Of a stretch of 64,000 nucleotides of DNA, positions 28,519-38,244 are shown piece after piece. Position numbers and translations under genes: made by a program. Below the pieces are notes generated by a model. That model made no database searches, was not told the DNA's origin, and worked only from the letters and a program-made list of their open reading frames with translations. The stretch is from Cyanobium sp. (GTDB lineage: Bacteria; Cyanobacteriota; Cyanobacteriia; PCC-6307; Cyanobiaceae): contig JBIKMU010000011.1 in NCBI GenBank assembly GCA_044359075.1, forward strand, positions 7,306 through 71,305. The letters run 5' to 3'. The stretch's first letter is position 1; every line of letters starts with the position of its first letter.

Positions 28519-29172
28519 ATGATCGACTTTGAAAGTCTTGTGCGAAACATGGCTGGCAATTATCGCTATGTTTCCTGGTCCCACCGTTGGGCTAAGCCGA
28601 GGCTGAAGCGCGAAGATCGCATCATTACGCGTTTTTTGGCCAAGCACGAAAATCTTTATCGGGGCAGTCGCCCTTGGATATCCCTTGACGTGGGATGCGG
28701 CAGCCAGCCTGCCAATCCGTTCGGAGCCGATAAGGTTTGCGGAATTGATATCCTAGACCATGTTCAGGATAATGTGCTTAAAGCTGATCTTACCTTTGAT
28801 CCAATACCCTATGAGACCAACAGTCTCGATTTTGTGACTGCCCATGATTTTATCGAGCATGTTCCCCGTGTGATTCCATTGGATTCAGGCTCCCGTTTCC
28901 CATTTGTGGAGCTGATGAGCGAGATTTATCGCGTTTTGAAGCCAGGGGGATTCTTTTATTCTCGTACCCCCGCCTATCCCCATCATGAAGTTTATCAAGA
29001 TCCAACCCACGTCAACATTATCACTAGCAATACATTTCCCTACTATTTTTGTTGGCATGGCCTTGGTGGGCCATGGGCAAGAATGTACGGGTTTCAAGGC
29101 CGTTTTGAGTTTGTTGGCCAGCGTTGGAGTGGTCCGCGGCTGCTCACCGTCATACGAAAGATGTCCTCGTAG
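28519..29172 (+). CDS. class I SAM-dependent methyltransferase (Methyltransf_11-like)
   Basis: SLDVGCG, DFIEHVP, EIYRVLKPGG, QDPTHV; lower GC than flanks. Confidence 0.85.
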   Translation: MIDFESLVRNMAGNYRYVSWSHRWAKPRLKREDRIITRFLAKHENLYRGSRPWISLDVGCGSQPANPFGADKVCGIDILDHVQDNVLKADLTFDPIPYETNSLDFVTAHDFIEHVPRVIPLDSGSRFPFVELMSEIYRVLKPGGFFYSRTPAYPHHEVYQDPTHVNIITSNTFPYYFCWHGLGGPWARMYGFQGRFEFVGQRWSGPRLLTVIRKMSS

Positions 29173-29508
29173 CGGATGAGTTGCGCTTGAATTTCTTCTC
29201 AAATATCATCTGATTTATTAGAGCTGCGGCGAAATTGCTTCTGCCGCCTGTCCTCACACCCCAGGGCTGAACCGCCGTCTTGACACGCTCACCTTCACCG
29301 CCCAGGCCATGGCCACCGCGGGACTCACCCTCACCGCGGTGATCAGTTTCCCCATCCCCGCGACAACCCCCACGGCAGGCCATGCCACCTGGGTCTGCTT
29401 CGCGATCGCCCTGGTGGCGATCCTGCTGGTGCACCGCCATCGCGGTGCCCACGCCGAACTGGCCGCCCTGCTGTCTGTGACAACGCCGCGCAGGTCCGCT
29501 TTGTTGGT

Positions 29509-29635
29509 GTGGCCCTGGTGAGCCTGGTCCAGGGAGTCAAACCGCAGGCCACCACCTAGGTTCGCTGCCGTCACCCCCGTGCCGATGGCCGTCTCCAGCC
29601 CCCCCCAGTCCCCTGCCGGCGGCCCCAGCGTTGCC
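29509..29635 (+). repeat. 127-bp direct repeat copy 2 (second tatC 3' end, leading into intact ampG)
   Basis: Matches 27802-27928. Confidence 0.92.
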
Positions 29636-30886
29636 CCCTGGCGCCGCCTGGTGGCCGTGGCGGCCGAGGGGGTGGCCAGCGGCACGCCCTACATGGTGGG
29701 CAGCAAGTTGTTGCAGGGCTGGCTGGCCGCCAACGCCATCCCCCTGCCCCTGATCGGCCTGCTACCCCTGGCCGAACTGCCCTACACCCTCAAAATGTTT
29801 TGGGCCCCCGCCCTGGATCGCTGGGCCCTGCCCTGGCCCGACCGGCGCCGCGGCTGGATTCTGGTGTTTCAGCTCATCCTGGTGGCCGTGATTGGCGCCA
29901 TGGCCCTGCTGCGGCCCAGCACCAGTGCGGCCAGCCTGACGGCCATCGGTGCGGCGGCCCTGGTGTTGGCCCTGGCCAGTGCCAGCCAGGACATTGTCAT
30001 TGACGCCTATCGCACCGATCTGCTGCCGGAGGCGGAGCGGGGACCCGGGGCGGCGACCCACAACCTCGGCTATCGGACCGCGGGCCTGGTGATCAGCTCG
30101 GGGGGGTTTCTGCTGGCGGGCTGGCTTGGCTGGCCCGCCGCCTTTGCAGCCACGGCCGTGCTGATGGCCGCCACGATCCCCTTCACCCTGACGGCCCCCA
30201 AACTCGCCCCCCTCAGCCAGCCCCTAACCAGCCTGCGCCAGGCGATGGCGGGCCCGATCCGGGAGTTTTTGCATCGCACCGGCGGCGGGCGGGCGCTGCT
30301 GGTGCTGCTGCTGGTGTTGCTCTACCGCTGGCCGGATGGCTTGCTCAACGCCATGGCGATTCCATTTTTGACAATCACCGGTTTCAGCGCTGCCACCATC
30401 GGCCTGATCCAGGGGGCCTGGGGCATCGGCGCCACCATTGTGGGCACAATTTTGGGTGGGGCCCTGTTGCCGCGGCTCGGCATGAATCGCTCGTTGTGGC
30501 TGTTTGCCCTGGTGGGCGCGGCCGGCAATCTGGCCTATGGGCTGCTGGCCCAATTCCGCGGTGGCGTCCCCGCCCTGCTGTTGGCCGCCGGCCTCGAAAA
30601 CATCGGCGGCGGCATGGTGGGCGCCGTTTTCGTCGCCCTGCTGATGAGCCTCTGCAATCCGCGCTTCTCCGCCACCCAGTACGCCCTGCTTTCGGGGGTC
30701 TATGCCCTCAGCCGTTCCCTGCTCTCCTCGCCGGCGGGGGTCCTGGCCGAACGCACCGGCTGGACCAACTTTTTTCTGATCAGCGTGCTGGCCTCCCTGC
30801 CGGCCTTCCTATTGATGACCCGCATCACCCCCTGGAACGGCCGCCAGGCGCTGGGGGCCTTTGATGCGGCAAAAGATGCCACCTGA
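29579..30886 (+). CDS. ampG: AmpG family muropeptide MFS transporter
   Basis: LPYTLKMFWAPALD, RRRGW, SASQDIVIDAYR, SATQYALLS. Confidence 0.92.
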   Translation: MPMAVSSPPQSPAGGPSVAPWRRLVAVAAEGVASGTPYMVGSKLLQGWLAANAIPLPLIGLLPLAELPYTLKMFWAPALDRWALPWPDRRRGWILVFQLILVAVIGAMALLRPSTSAASLTAIGAAALVLALASASQDIVIDAYRTDLLPEAERGPGAATHNLGYRTAGLVISSGGFLLAGWLGWPAAFAATAVLMAATIPFTLTAPKLAPLSQPLTSLRQAMAGPIREFLHRTGGGRALLVLLLVLLYRWPDGLLNAMAIPFLTITGFSAATIGLIQGAWGIGATIVGTILGGALLPRLGMNRSLWLFALVGAAGNLAYGLLAQFRGGVPALLLAAGLENIGGGMVGAVFVALLMSLCNPRFSATQYALLSGVYALSRSLLSSPAGVLAERTGWTNFFLISVLASLPAFLLMTRITPWNGRQALGAFDAAKDAT

Positions 30887-31224
30887 AGGCCCCCAATGTC
30901 GATGTTTGTTGGCGGGGTCCAAACACGCAAGAATGTCCCTAGAAAGACAAGAGCCAGAGGGCCCGCCGCCAAGCGGAAACCCGATCCGGCCCAGCCAAGA
31001 ATTTATGGATAGAATCAAATCTATGACGGCGCCAAGTCGTCGAGGAAGCAAAGCTGACTCCGAAAGCGGCCCCTGAACTGGCCCAAAAGTGTCTCGCCAA
31101 TCACTCAGAAAGCCCCATCCAGCTCGAAGCACTAATCATTTCTGAGGCATTAATCCTGCCTGAAGCACTTATCAAACCTAAAGCTCTCTTCCCGCCTAAG
31201 GCAATAGATGAGTTCAATGGCACG

Positions 31225-32703
31225 ATGATGCAATGGTTTCATTGGTATAGTGATGGCGATGGCAATCACTGGCGGCGTTTAATCGAGGCTGCGCCAGAGT
31301 TGGCGGCCGCAGGCATCACGGCCCTATGGCTGCCCCCAGCCTCCAAGGGCAATGCCGGTGGCTACGACGTCGGCTATGGCTGCTACGACCTGTTTGATCT
31401 TGGTGAGTTTGATCAAAAGGGAACTATCAGGACCAAATACGGCACCAGGGATGAGTATCTGGCTGCCATCAAAATCTGCCACGGGCTGGGCATACAGATC
31501 TACGCCGATGTGGTTTTTAACCACAAGATGGGAGCCGATTTTGAAGAAGATTTTCAGGCAATTCCCTTTGACGATAACAATCGCACCATCGATCTTGGCC
31601 CCTGCCGCCCGGTGCGCGCCTGGACAGGCTTTAACTTTTCAGCCCGCGAGGACAAATACTCAACCATGCACTGGAACTGGTGGCATTTCGCCAGCATTGA
31701 TTACAACTGTTATGATCCCAACTTCCATGCCATCTGGCGCATGAAAGACAGCGGCTTTGCCAATAATGTAGATACGGAAAAAGGCAATTACGACTATCTA
31801 ATGGGTTGTGATCTCAACATGAATCACCCCGAGGTCAGCGGCGAACTCAAGCACTGGGGCAAGTGGATGCTGGACAGCATCGGCATCGATGGCTTCCGCC
31901 TGGATGCGCTTAAACACATCGACAGCAATTTCTTCATCGACTGGATCAGCGACCTGGAAACTCACTGTGGCCATAAACTATTTATCGTCGGCGAATACTG
32001 GAGCTACGACCTGGGATGCCTCAGCTGGTATATCAGTAAAACCGCTGGCAAGATGTCACTGTTTGACGCCCCCCTCCATCTCAACTTTCACCAAGCCAGC
32101 CGCGGCCAGGGGCACTACAACATGGCCAACCTGCTGACGGGCACCTTGATGCAAACCCTGCCATGCTTTGCGGTCACGGTGGTCGAAAACCACGACACCC
32201 AGCCCCTGCAAGCGCTTGAATCCGTAGTCGAGGCCTGGTTCAAGCCCCTCGCCTACGCCTGCATCCTGCTAAGGGCCGAAGGCTATCCCTGTATTTTTTA
32301 TCCAGATTATTACGGCGCTAATTATAAAGACAAGGGCCAGGACGGCAACGACTACGAAATCTCACTTCCCAGCCACCGGGCCAGTATCGACCGCCTGCTA
32401 CTGGCCCGCCGCCATTTTGCCTTCGGCCCCCAAAAGGATTACTTTGACCATTTCAGCACGGTGGGCTGGAGCCGCCTGGGCAGTGCACAACACCCCCATG
32501 CCATGGCCGTATTGATGAGTAACGGCGACGCCGGCTTCAAGTGGATGGAAGTTGGCAAACGCGACACCGCGTTCATCGATTGCACCGGCCATCTCGGCGG
32601 CACGATCACCAGCAACCAGGATGGCTGGGCCGAATTCCACTGCCCAGGCGGTTCGGTGTCGGTCTGGGTCGAAGCCGCCGCTTACCAGGCACTGCAATCC
32701 TGA
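31225..32703 (+). CDS. amyA: alpha-amylase (GH13, bacterial/cytoplasmic type)
   Basis: MMQWFHWY, DVGYGCYDLFDLGEF, GFRLDALKHI, VGEYW, VENHDTQP. Confidence 0.93.
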   Translation: MMQWFHWYSDGDGNHWRRLIEAAPELAAAGITALWLPPASKGNAGGYDVGYGCYDLFDLGEFDQKGTIRTKYGTRDEYLAAIKICHGLGIQIYADVVFNHKMGADFEEDFQAIPFDDNNRTIDLGPCRPVRAWTGFNFSAREDKYSTMHWNWWHFASIDYNCYDPNFHAIWRMKDSGFANNVDTEKGNYDYLMGCDLNMNHPEVSGELKHWGKWMLDSIGIDGFRLDALKHIDSNFFIDWISDLETHCGHKLFIVGEYWSYDLGCLSWYISKTAGKMSLFDAPLHLNFHQASRGQGHYNMANLLTGTLMQTLPCFAVTVVENHDTQPLQALESVVEAWFKPLAYACILLRAEGYPCIFYPDYYGANYKDKGQDGNDYEISLPSHRASIDRLLLARRHFAFGPQKDYFDHFSTVGWSRLGSAQHPHAMAVLMSNGDAGFKWMEVGKRDTAFIDCTGHLGGTITSNQDGWAEFHCPGGSVSVWVEAAAYQALQS

Positions 32704-32725
32704 GGGGTCCACGCACGTGGGGCGT

Positions 32726-34441
32726 TCAGGGCCGCTGGCAGCGCCACAAGTGCACAACAGCTGTCGGTTGCCCCGGCTGCGTCTCCGGCCCCGGCTGCTC
32801 CCCAGCCCCACCGCCAACCCCAGCCGGCAGCTGGCAATCCCAGCCGGCCGGCTCCGGCCGCTGCTCGCTCAACAGCCAGGAGACCCCCTGGCCATCGCCC
32901 TGGAGATCGCCGGGGCCATCCGCCAGCTGCACCCGTCTGGCCAGGTACCAATTGAGGCTTGGCCGTTCCCCCTGCCGCCAGAGATGCAAATCGGCCCCCG
33001 CCAGCGCCAGCGCCCCCACTTGCGACTGCACCTGCAGGGCCACGGGCTTGACGGGCCAGCGTTCATTGAGCTCCCAAAGCCACAACGGGCTGCCGAACAA
33101 CAAGGCCAAAGACAGCCAAAATCCCAACGCCAAGGTGATCAGTCCGCCCAGACGTTGCCTAGGGCGACCTGCGGCCAGCCAGGTTCCGCCCAGCAGCAGC
33201 CCCAGACCTGCGGGCAACGCCACCAGGGCTGCGGGCCTGAGGGCAGGCCAAAGACCAACGCCGCCAACCGCCGCCGCCAGCAGCACCAACACCCCCAAAC
33301 CGCACCACAGCCGCGGCACGGCCCTTAAGCCAGCGGCCCCCGGCACAGCCATGGCGCCATCACGGCGCACCAGGCCCACCAGCACCGGTCCCAGCGCCAG
33401 GCAAAACGGCGGCCACAGCAGCAGGCTGTACCAGGGAAGCTGGGTCTGCAGCGGCAGCACCAACAGGCTGGCCATCGCCGTCAGTCCCAGCACCCAGCGC
33501 CCCCAGCGGCTGCGCCGATCGCGCCAGGCCAGGGCGATGCCAAAGGGCCACAGGGGCAGCCAAGGCCAGCCCCCCTTGATCACCTCCAGCAGCGGCGGCC
33601 AGGGCCCACCGCCATGGCCTTCGATCCCCTGGCCCAGCCTGGCCACGCCCTGGCTGGTCCACATCTCCAGCGCCTGCTGGGGCCCCCTCACCCAGCCATG
33701 CCAGCCATGCCAGGCCAGCCCCGGCAGCAGGCCCAAGGCCAGCGCCAGCAGCAGCCAGCGCCAGTCCCGACCGCGCAAATCCCGATCGAGCCAGCGCAGC
33801 AGCAGGGCTGTGGCCAATACGGGCAAGGCAACCGGTGCCTTCAGCAACAGCAGGGCGCTGGTCGCCAGTCCCGCCAGCAGGCCGCCCCGCAGCAGCTTGG
33901 TCGCCGGGCCTTGGGCCAGCAACAGCCCCCACCACAGCAGGGCCATGGCACTCAGCAACGTGCCATCGAGCATCACCAAACGGCCATGGCGGGCCAGGGG
34001 CAGCAGCGTCAGGGCAACCAGGGCGCTGGCCAGGGCTGGCGCTGGACCCTGCTGGGGCAGCAGGCGCCGCTGCACCACGGCCAATAGGGGCACCAGGGCT
34101 GATGACAGCAGGGCGGGGCCAAGCCGCAGCAACGCTTCTGGAGGCAAAGCCGGGGCGCCGGCGCCGCCCAACTGGCGCCAGAGGCGAATCAGCAGGGCAA
34201 TCAGCCCATGCAGGCCGGGGGGCTTGTTGCGGTAGGCGTCGCTCCAGTAGTTGGGCAACAGCTGCTGGGGCCAGGGGCTGTTGGCAAGTTCCAGCGCCAC
34301 CCGGGCAACGATGCCCTCATCCCAATCGCGCAAGGGCACCGAACCCAGCCCCAGCAAAGCCAAGCAAACGGCCAGCAGCCACAGCAGTAGCGGCCCTGCA
34401 ACGCCGTCCAATCCGACATGCCCCCGGCTGGAATCGCCCAC
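32726..34441 (-). CDS. ArnT/GT39-like membrane glycosyltransferase
   Basis: LRDWDEG, NKPPG, MLDG, LLKAP; multiple TM helices. Confidence 0.85.
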   Translation of the reverse strand: MGDSSRGHVGLDGVAGPLLLWLLAVCLALLGLGSVPLRDWDEGIVARVALELANSPWPQQLLPNYWSDAYRNKPPGLHGLIALLIRLWRQLGGAGAPALPPEALLRLGPALLSSALVPLLAVVQRRLLPQQGPAPALASALVALTLLPLARHGRLVMLDGTLLSAMALLWWGLLLAQGPATKLLRGGLLAGLATSALLLLKAPVALPVLATALLLRWLDRDLRGRDWRWLLLALALGLLPGLAWHGWHGWVRGPQQALEMWTSQGVARLGQGIEGHGGGPWPPLLEVIKGGWPWLPLWPFGIALAWRDRRSRWGRWVLGLTAMASLLVLPLQTQLPWYSLLLWPPFCLALGPVLVGLVRRDGAMAVPGAAGLRAVPRLWCGLGVLVLLAAAVGGVGLWPALRPAALVALPAGLGLLLGGTWLAAGRPRQRLGGLITLALGFWLSLALLFGSPLWLWELNERWPVKPVALQVQSQVGALALAGADLHLWRQGERPSLNWYLARRVQLADGPGDLQGDGQGVSWLLSEQRPEPAGWDCQLPAGVGGGAGEQPGPETQPGQPTAVVHLWRCQRP

Positions 34442-34625
34442 GCCTCCTCAAGCCATTGCCCTGGGGCGGTAGTCTGAGTCACAAGCACGCAAGGGCAGCA
34501 AAGCCAAAAGCATAAGCTTGGCTAATGTCTTATCTGCCAGCTGATTAGCAAATGTGAGATTTTGCCTAGTCCCCGCCCTTCTTGCTACGGTTAAATGGAA
34601 ATTCAGCTAACAAGCCTCACAAATC

Positions 34626-36239
34626 ATGGCAACCGATGCCGCGTCACTCAGGTTAGAAATACAACAAGCAGAAGGCGGATTTGTTAACGCCAATGAAAAC
34701 AGCGACCCAAGTTTAGTAATCCAATCCATTACGACTCTTGGAAAAATATGTTATGATCCTCTTGTTCCTGACAGCACTTATACTGTAGCAGGCTTAACTG
34801 GCAATGCTGCAGCAACAACTATTCTTGATACACGCGTATTTGCCCAAAATTCAGATGCCTATTCGCCTCTCCAGGTTTTAAACTTAACATTACAATATAC
34901 ATCATCAACAACTAATAATACTCCCATATTTAGATCTACTTTGGGTGGCGACAGTATGATGCCAATTAAGTTAGATACTTTAAAATTTACTGGCCAGCAT
35001 GGTGGTTGGACGGGAAATGGTAACACCTATATGTCTTTGTCTTCATTTAAAGCTGCAGATAGTTCTCCCACAAGCAATATTTATTTTACTTTAAACAATT
35101 CTATGATAGATGTAACAGGACAAGCCAATTTTAATTCTACCACTGGCGCTGGTGGCGCGGCTTTTATACAAAGCTGGAATAATTCAGGCACTACCTCTCT
35201 TACAACTAATATTATCGACGAAAGCGGTTTTCAAAGCTCATTTCACTTTGCATCTCAGATCACTAACACAGGAGGAGGTTCACAACATGGTATGTACTTG
35301 ATTAGTGGCAATAATTTTAACCGAGCGTCCAAAGTAGCTTCCTCTGGACTTACTGATCAAAGTCTTTTTAGAGCCAGGGGTAACCGTCTTGAAAATGTAA
35401 ATGCTACTGTCACTGGTAATACATTTAGACAGGGTTCATACTTGGATTTATACGGAGACGTATCAAATATTACTGTTTCAGGTGGCAATACTTTTAGTAC
35501 CATTTACGGAACAACACCAACTTCTCCAACATCACCATCTTGTGGTATTAGATTCAACAAAACATCTTCCTCCGGTGCAACTCTTTCTGGCACTTCAGGC
35601 ATATCCACCAAAGTAACAGGCAATATATTCAATGGCACTGGTTTAGCCATTGTTAATAACGACTCAACAGCCAATTCAATTATAGCTATAAATAGTACTA
35701 GCACTAATACTGTTAGACTCGGTACTTCAACACCTTCTATATTTCAAACATTTAGGAATATGTACGCTGCTGGAAAAGGTGCTGACACCATGAACTACAG
35801 CAGCTCCACCACTACTAATTGGATCAGCGGAGATCAAGGTAATGATACTATTACGGGTGGAACTGTAAACGATTACATTATTGGCGGAGTTGGTTCTGAT
35901 ACCATTTCAACTGGAACTGGTACTGATACAGTAATATATTACAATCCAAACGAGGGAGGTGACACCATCGCCACTGGAGGCTTTACCGCAGCCAGCGATA
36001 AACTCGCCTTCTTAAGCTCGAACTTTGGAGGTATTACAAGTCTGACTCTAAATACGAATTTCTTCACCGGTGCTCCCCCATCAATTTCAGGCACTTCTCC
36101 CCTATTCTTCTACAATACAACTACTGGGGTTTTGACTTATGATTCTAATGGCGTTAGTGCCGGCGGAGATACAGTAATTGCAACCTTTGCTGGTACACCA
36201 CCAATTCTTGGCGTTACTAATTTTCAATTTTTCTCCTAA
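34626..36239 (+). CDS. low-GC Ser/Thr/Asn-rich protein with RTX-like Ca-binding C-terminus (putative T1SS substrate), paralog 1
   Basis: GDQGNDTITGG, GGVGSDTISTGTGTDT repeats; no signal peptide; clear similarity to 38245-40302. Confidence 0.75.
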   Translation: MATDAASLRLEIQQAEGGFVNANENSDPSLVIQSITTLGKICYDPLVPDSTYTVAGLTGNAAATTILDTRVFAQNSDAYSPLQVLNLTLQYTSSTTNNTPIFRSTLGGDSMMPIKLDTLKFTGQHGGWTGNGNTYMSLSSFKAADSSPTSNIYFTLNNSMIDVTGQANFNSTTGAGGAAFIQSWNNSGTTSLTTNIIDESGFQSSFHFASQITNTGGGSQHGMYLISGNNFNRASKVASSGLTDQSLFRARGNRLENVNATVTGNTFRQGSYLDLYGDVSNITVSGGNTFSTIYGTTPTSPTSPSCGIRFNKTSSSGATLSGTSGISTKVTGNIFNGTGLAIVNNDSTANSIIAINSTSTNTVRLGTSTPSIFQTFRNMYAAGKGADTMNYSSSTTTNWISGDQGNDTITGGTVNDYIIGGVGSDTISTGTGTDTVIYYNPNEGGDTIATGGFTAASDKLAFLSSNFGGITSLTLNTNFFTGAPPSISGTSPLFFYNTTTGVLTYDSNGVSAGGDTVIATFAGTPPILGVTNFQFFS

Positions 36240-36431
36240 TTTATTCTCCCAACTCTTATCTATTCACTGGGCCCACTGCTTCGCCAGCCGGGCCCTTTTT
36301 TATTTCTCGCCAAGCTCCACGCTTCGATCGATTTGGCCCTCCAACTTTGCTGGCGCTGCCTGTCCGCCCAGCTGAGCCAACGCCAACGCCAACAGCCTTG
36401 TTAGCGTCCCAGCCTGAGAGGGCTCCGATCC

Positions 36432-38087
36432 TTGGCTGAAACCGTGCCCCCCCCCCAGGCCCCTGCCAGGCGCCCGGCCCCTGCCGCCCTTCCCCCCGGG
36501 CCCCCGCCATTGCCCATCAGCGACCAGCGGCTGCTGCTAGTGCGCCTGCCCTGCAATCCCATCTTTCCAGTTGGGCCCGTCTACCTGGCCGACCACCTGC
36601 ACAAACGTTTTCCTGGCCTGCACCAGCAGCTGCTTGACCTGGCGGCCCTGCCAGCTCTCGATGGCAAGGCGGCGCTGCGCCAGGCGATTGACCATTTTCG
36701 CCCCACCCTGTTGGTGTTTTCCTGGCGCGACATCCAGATCTACGCCCCCGTCGATGGCCGCGGCGGCAACCCCCTGCAGCACTCGTTTGAGGTGTTCTAT
36801 GCCCGCAATCCCCTCAAGCGCCTGCGGGGTGCCATTGGGGGCCTGCGGCTCATGGGCGCCTACTACGGCGAGCTGCTGCGCAACATGCGCCTGATTCGCC
36901 GCGGCCTGCGTTGGGCGCGGCGCCACCAGCCCACTGCCCGGGTGGTGCTTGGCGGCGGTGCCGTCAGCGTCTTCTACGAGCAGCTTGGCCGCTGGCTGCC
37001 CAAGGACACCGTGGTGTCGGTGGGAGAAGGCGAGCTGCTGCTGGAGGCCCTGGTGCGCGGCCAGCCCCTCAGCGATCAGCGCTGCTATGTGGTCGGCGAG
37101 CCCCCCCGGCCTGGCCTCATCCATGAAGCACCCCTGCCCCTGGAGAAAACCGCCTGCAATTACAGCTACATCGAATCGATCTGGCCCCAGATGGATTGGT
37201 ATCTGCACGGCGGTGATTTCTATGTGGGGGTGCAAACCAAGCGCGGCTGCCCCCACAACTGCTGCTACTGCGTCTACACCGTCATCGAAGGCAAGGCGGT
37301 GCGGGTCAATCCGGTGCAGGAGGTGGTGGCCGAAATGCGCCAGCTCTACGACCGGGGCGTGCGCGGTTTCTGGTTCACCGATGCCCAGTTCATCCCGGCC
37401 CGGCGCTACATCGAAGACGCCAAGGAGTTGCTGCGGGCCATCTTGGCCGGCGGCATGGGCGACATCCACTGGGCGGCCTACATCCGCGCCGACAACCTCG
37501 ATGCCGAGCTGGCCGAGCTGATGGTGGCCACTGGCATGAGTTATTTCGAAATCGGCATCACCTCCGGCTCCCAAGAATTGGTCCGCAAGATGCGCATGGG
37601 CTACAACCTGCGCACCGTGCTCGAAAACTGCCGCCTGCTGGCCCGCGCCGGCTTCCGCGAGCACATCTCGGTGAACTATTCGTTCAATGTGATCGACGAA
37701 AGCCCTGAGACGATTCGCCAAACCGTGGCCTACCACCGCGAACTGGAAGCGATTTTCGGGGCCGACAAGGTGGAGCCCGCCATTTTCTTCATCGGCTTGC
37801 AGCCCCACACCCATCTAGAGCAGTACGCCTTCGACACCGGACGGCTGCAGCAGGGCTATGACCCGATGAGCATGATGCCCTGGACGGCCCGCAAGCTGCT
37901 CTGGAACCCCGAACCCATGGGTGCGGTGTTTGGCCGCCTCTGCCTTGAGGCCTTTGCCCGCAATCCAGGCGATTTTGGCCGCACGGTTATGGCCCTGCTG
38001 GAGCGGGATTACGGCAAGGCGCCCCTGAAGGAAGCACTGCGAGCGCCTCTGGAAGGCCGTCCGGCCCTGGCCACAGCGGTAGGTTGA
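36432..38087 (+). CDS. cyanobacterial B12-binding radical SAM protein (PSII high-light acclimation, Slr0320-like)
   Basis: RLPCNPIFPVGPVYL, RGCPHNCCYC (CxxxCxxC), IGLQPHT. Confidence 0.88.
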   Translation: MAETVPPPQAPARRPAPAALPPGPPPLPISDQRLLLVRLPCNPIFPVGPVYLADHLHKRFPGLHQQLLDLAALPALDGKAALRQAIDHFRPTLLVFSWRDIQIYAPVDGRGGNPLQHSFEVFYARNPLKRLRGAIGGLRLMGAYYGELLRNMRLIRRGLRWARRHQPTARVVLGGGAVSVFYEQLGRWLPKDTVVSVGEGELLLEALVRGQPLSDQRCYVVGEPPRPGLIHEAPLPLEKTACNYSYIESIWPQMDWYLHGGDFYVGVQTKRGCPHNCCYCVYTVIEGKAVRVNPVQEVVAEMRQLYDRGVRGFWFTDAQFIPARRYIEDAKELLRAILAGGMGDIHWAAYIRADNLDAELAELMVATGMSYFEIGITSGSQELVRKMRMGYNLRTVLENCRLLARAGFREHISVNYSFNVIDESPETIRQTVAYHRELEAIFGADKVEPAIFFIGLQPHTHLEQYAFDTGRLQQGYDPMSMMPWTARKLLWNPEPMGAVFGRLCLEAFARNPGDFGRTVMALLERDYGKAPLKEALRAPLEGRPALATAVG

Positions 38088-38244
38088 ACCTGTAGCGCCG
38101 CATATCGCAGGAAATGGGCGGCGTGAGCCGAATCCCAGCGGCAAGCAGGTGATGTGTTGATTTACTAACGAGATCGCTTTGCAATGGAAATTAAATGCGG
38201 AAAGAATGTTAATATTTAAAAAATATTTCAAAAGCCTTCTCCCA

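Noticed and set aside
29230-29508. Hydrophobic 70-aa ORF (29309-29521) as a real gene
   Set aside because: Runs into the duplicated tatC end and has no clear start or motif; at most a fragment of a membrane protein gene.
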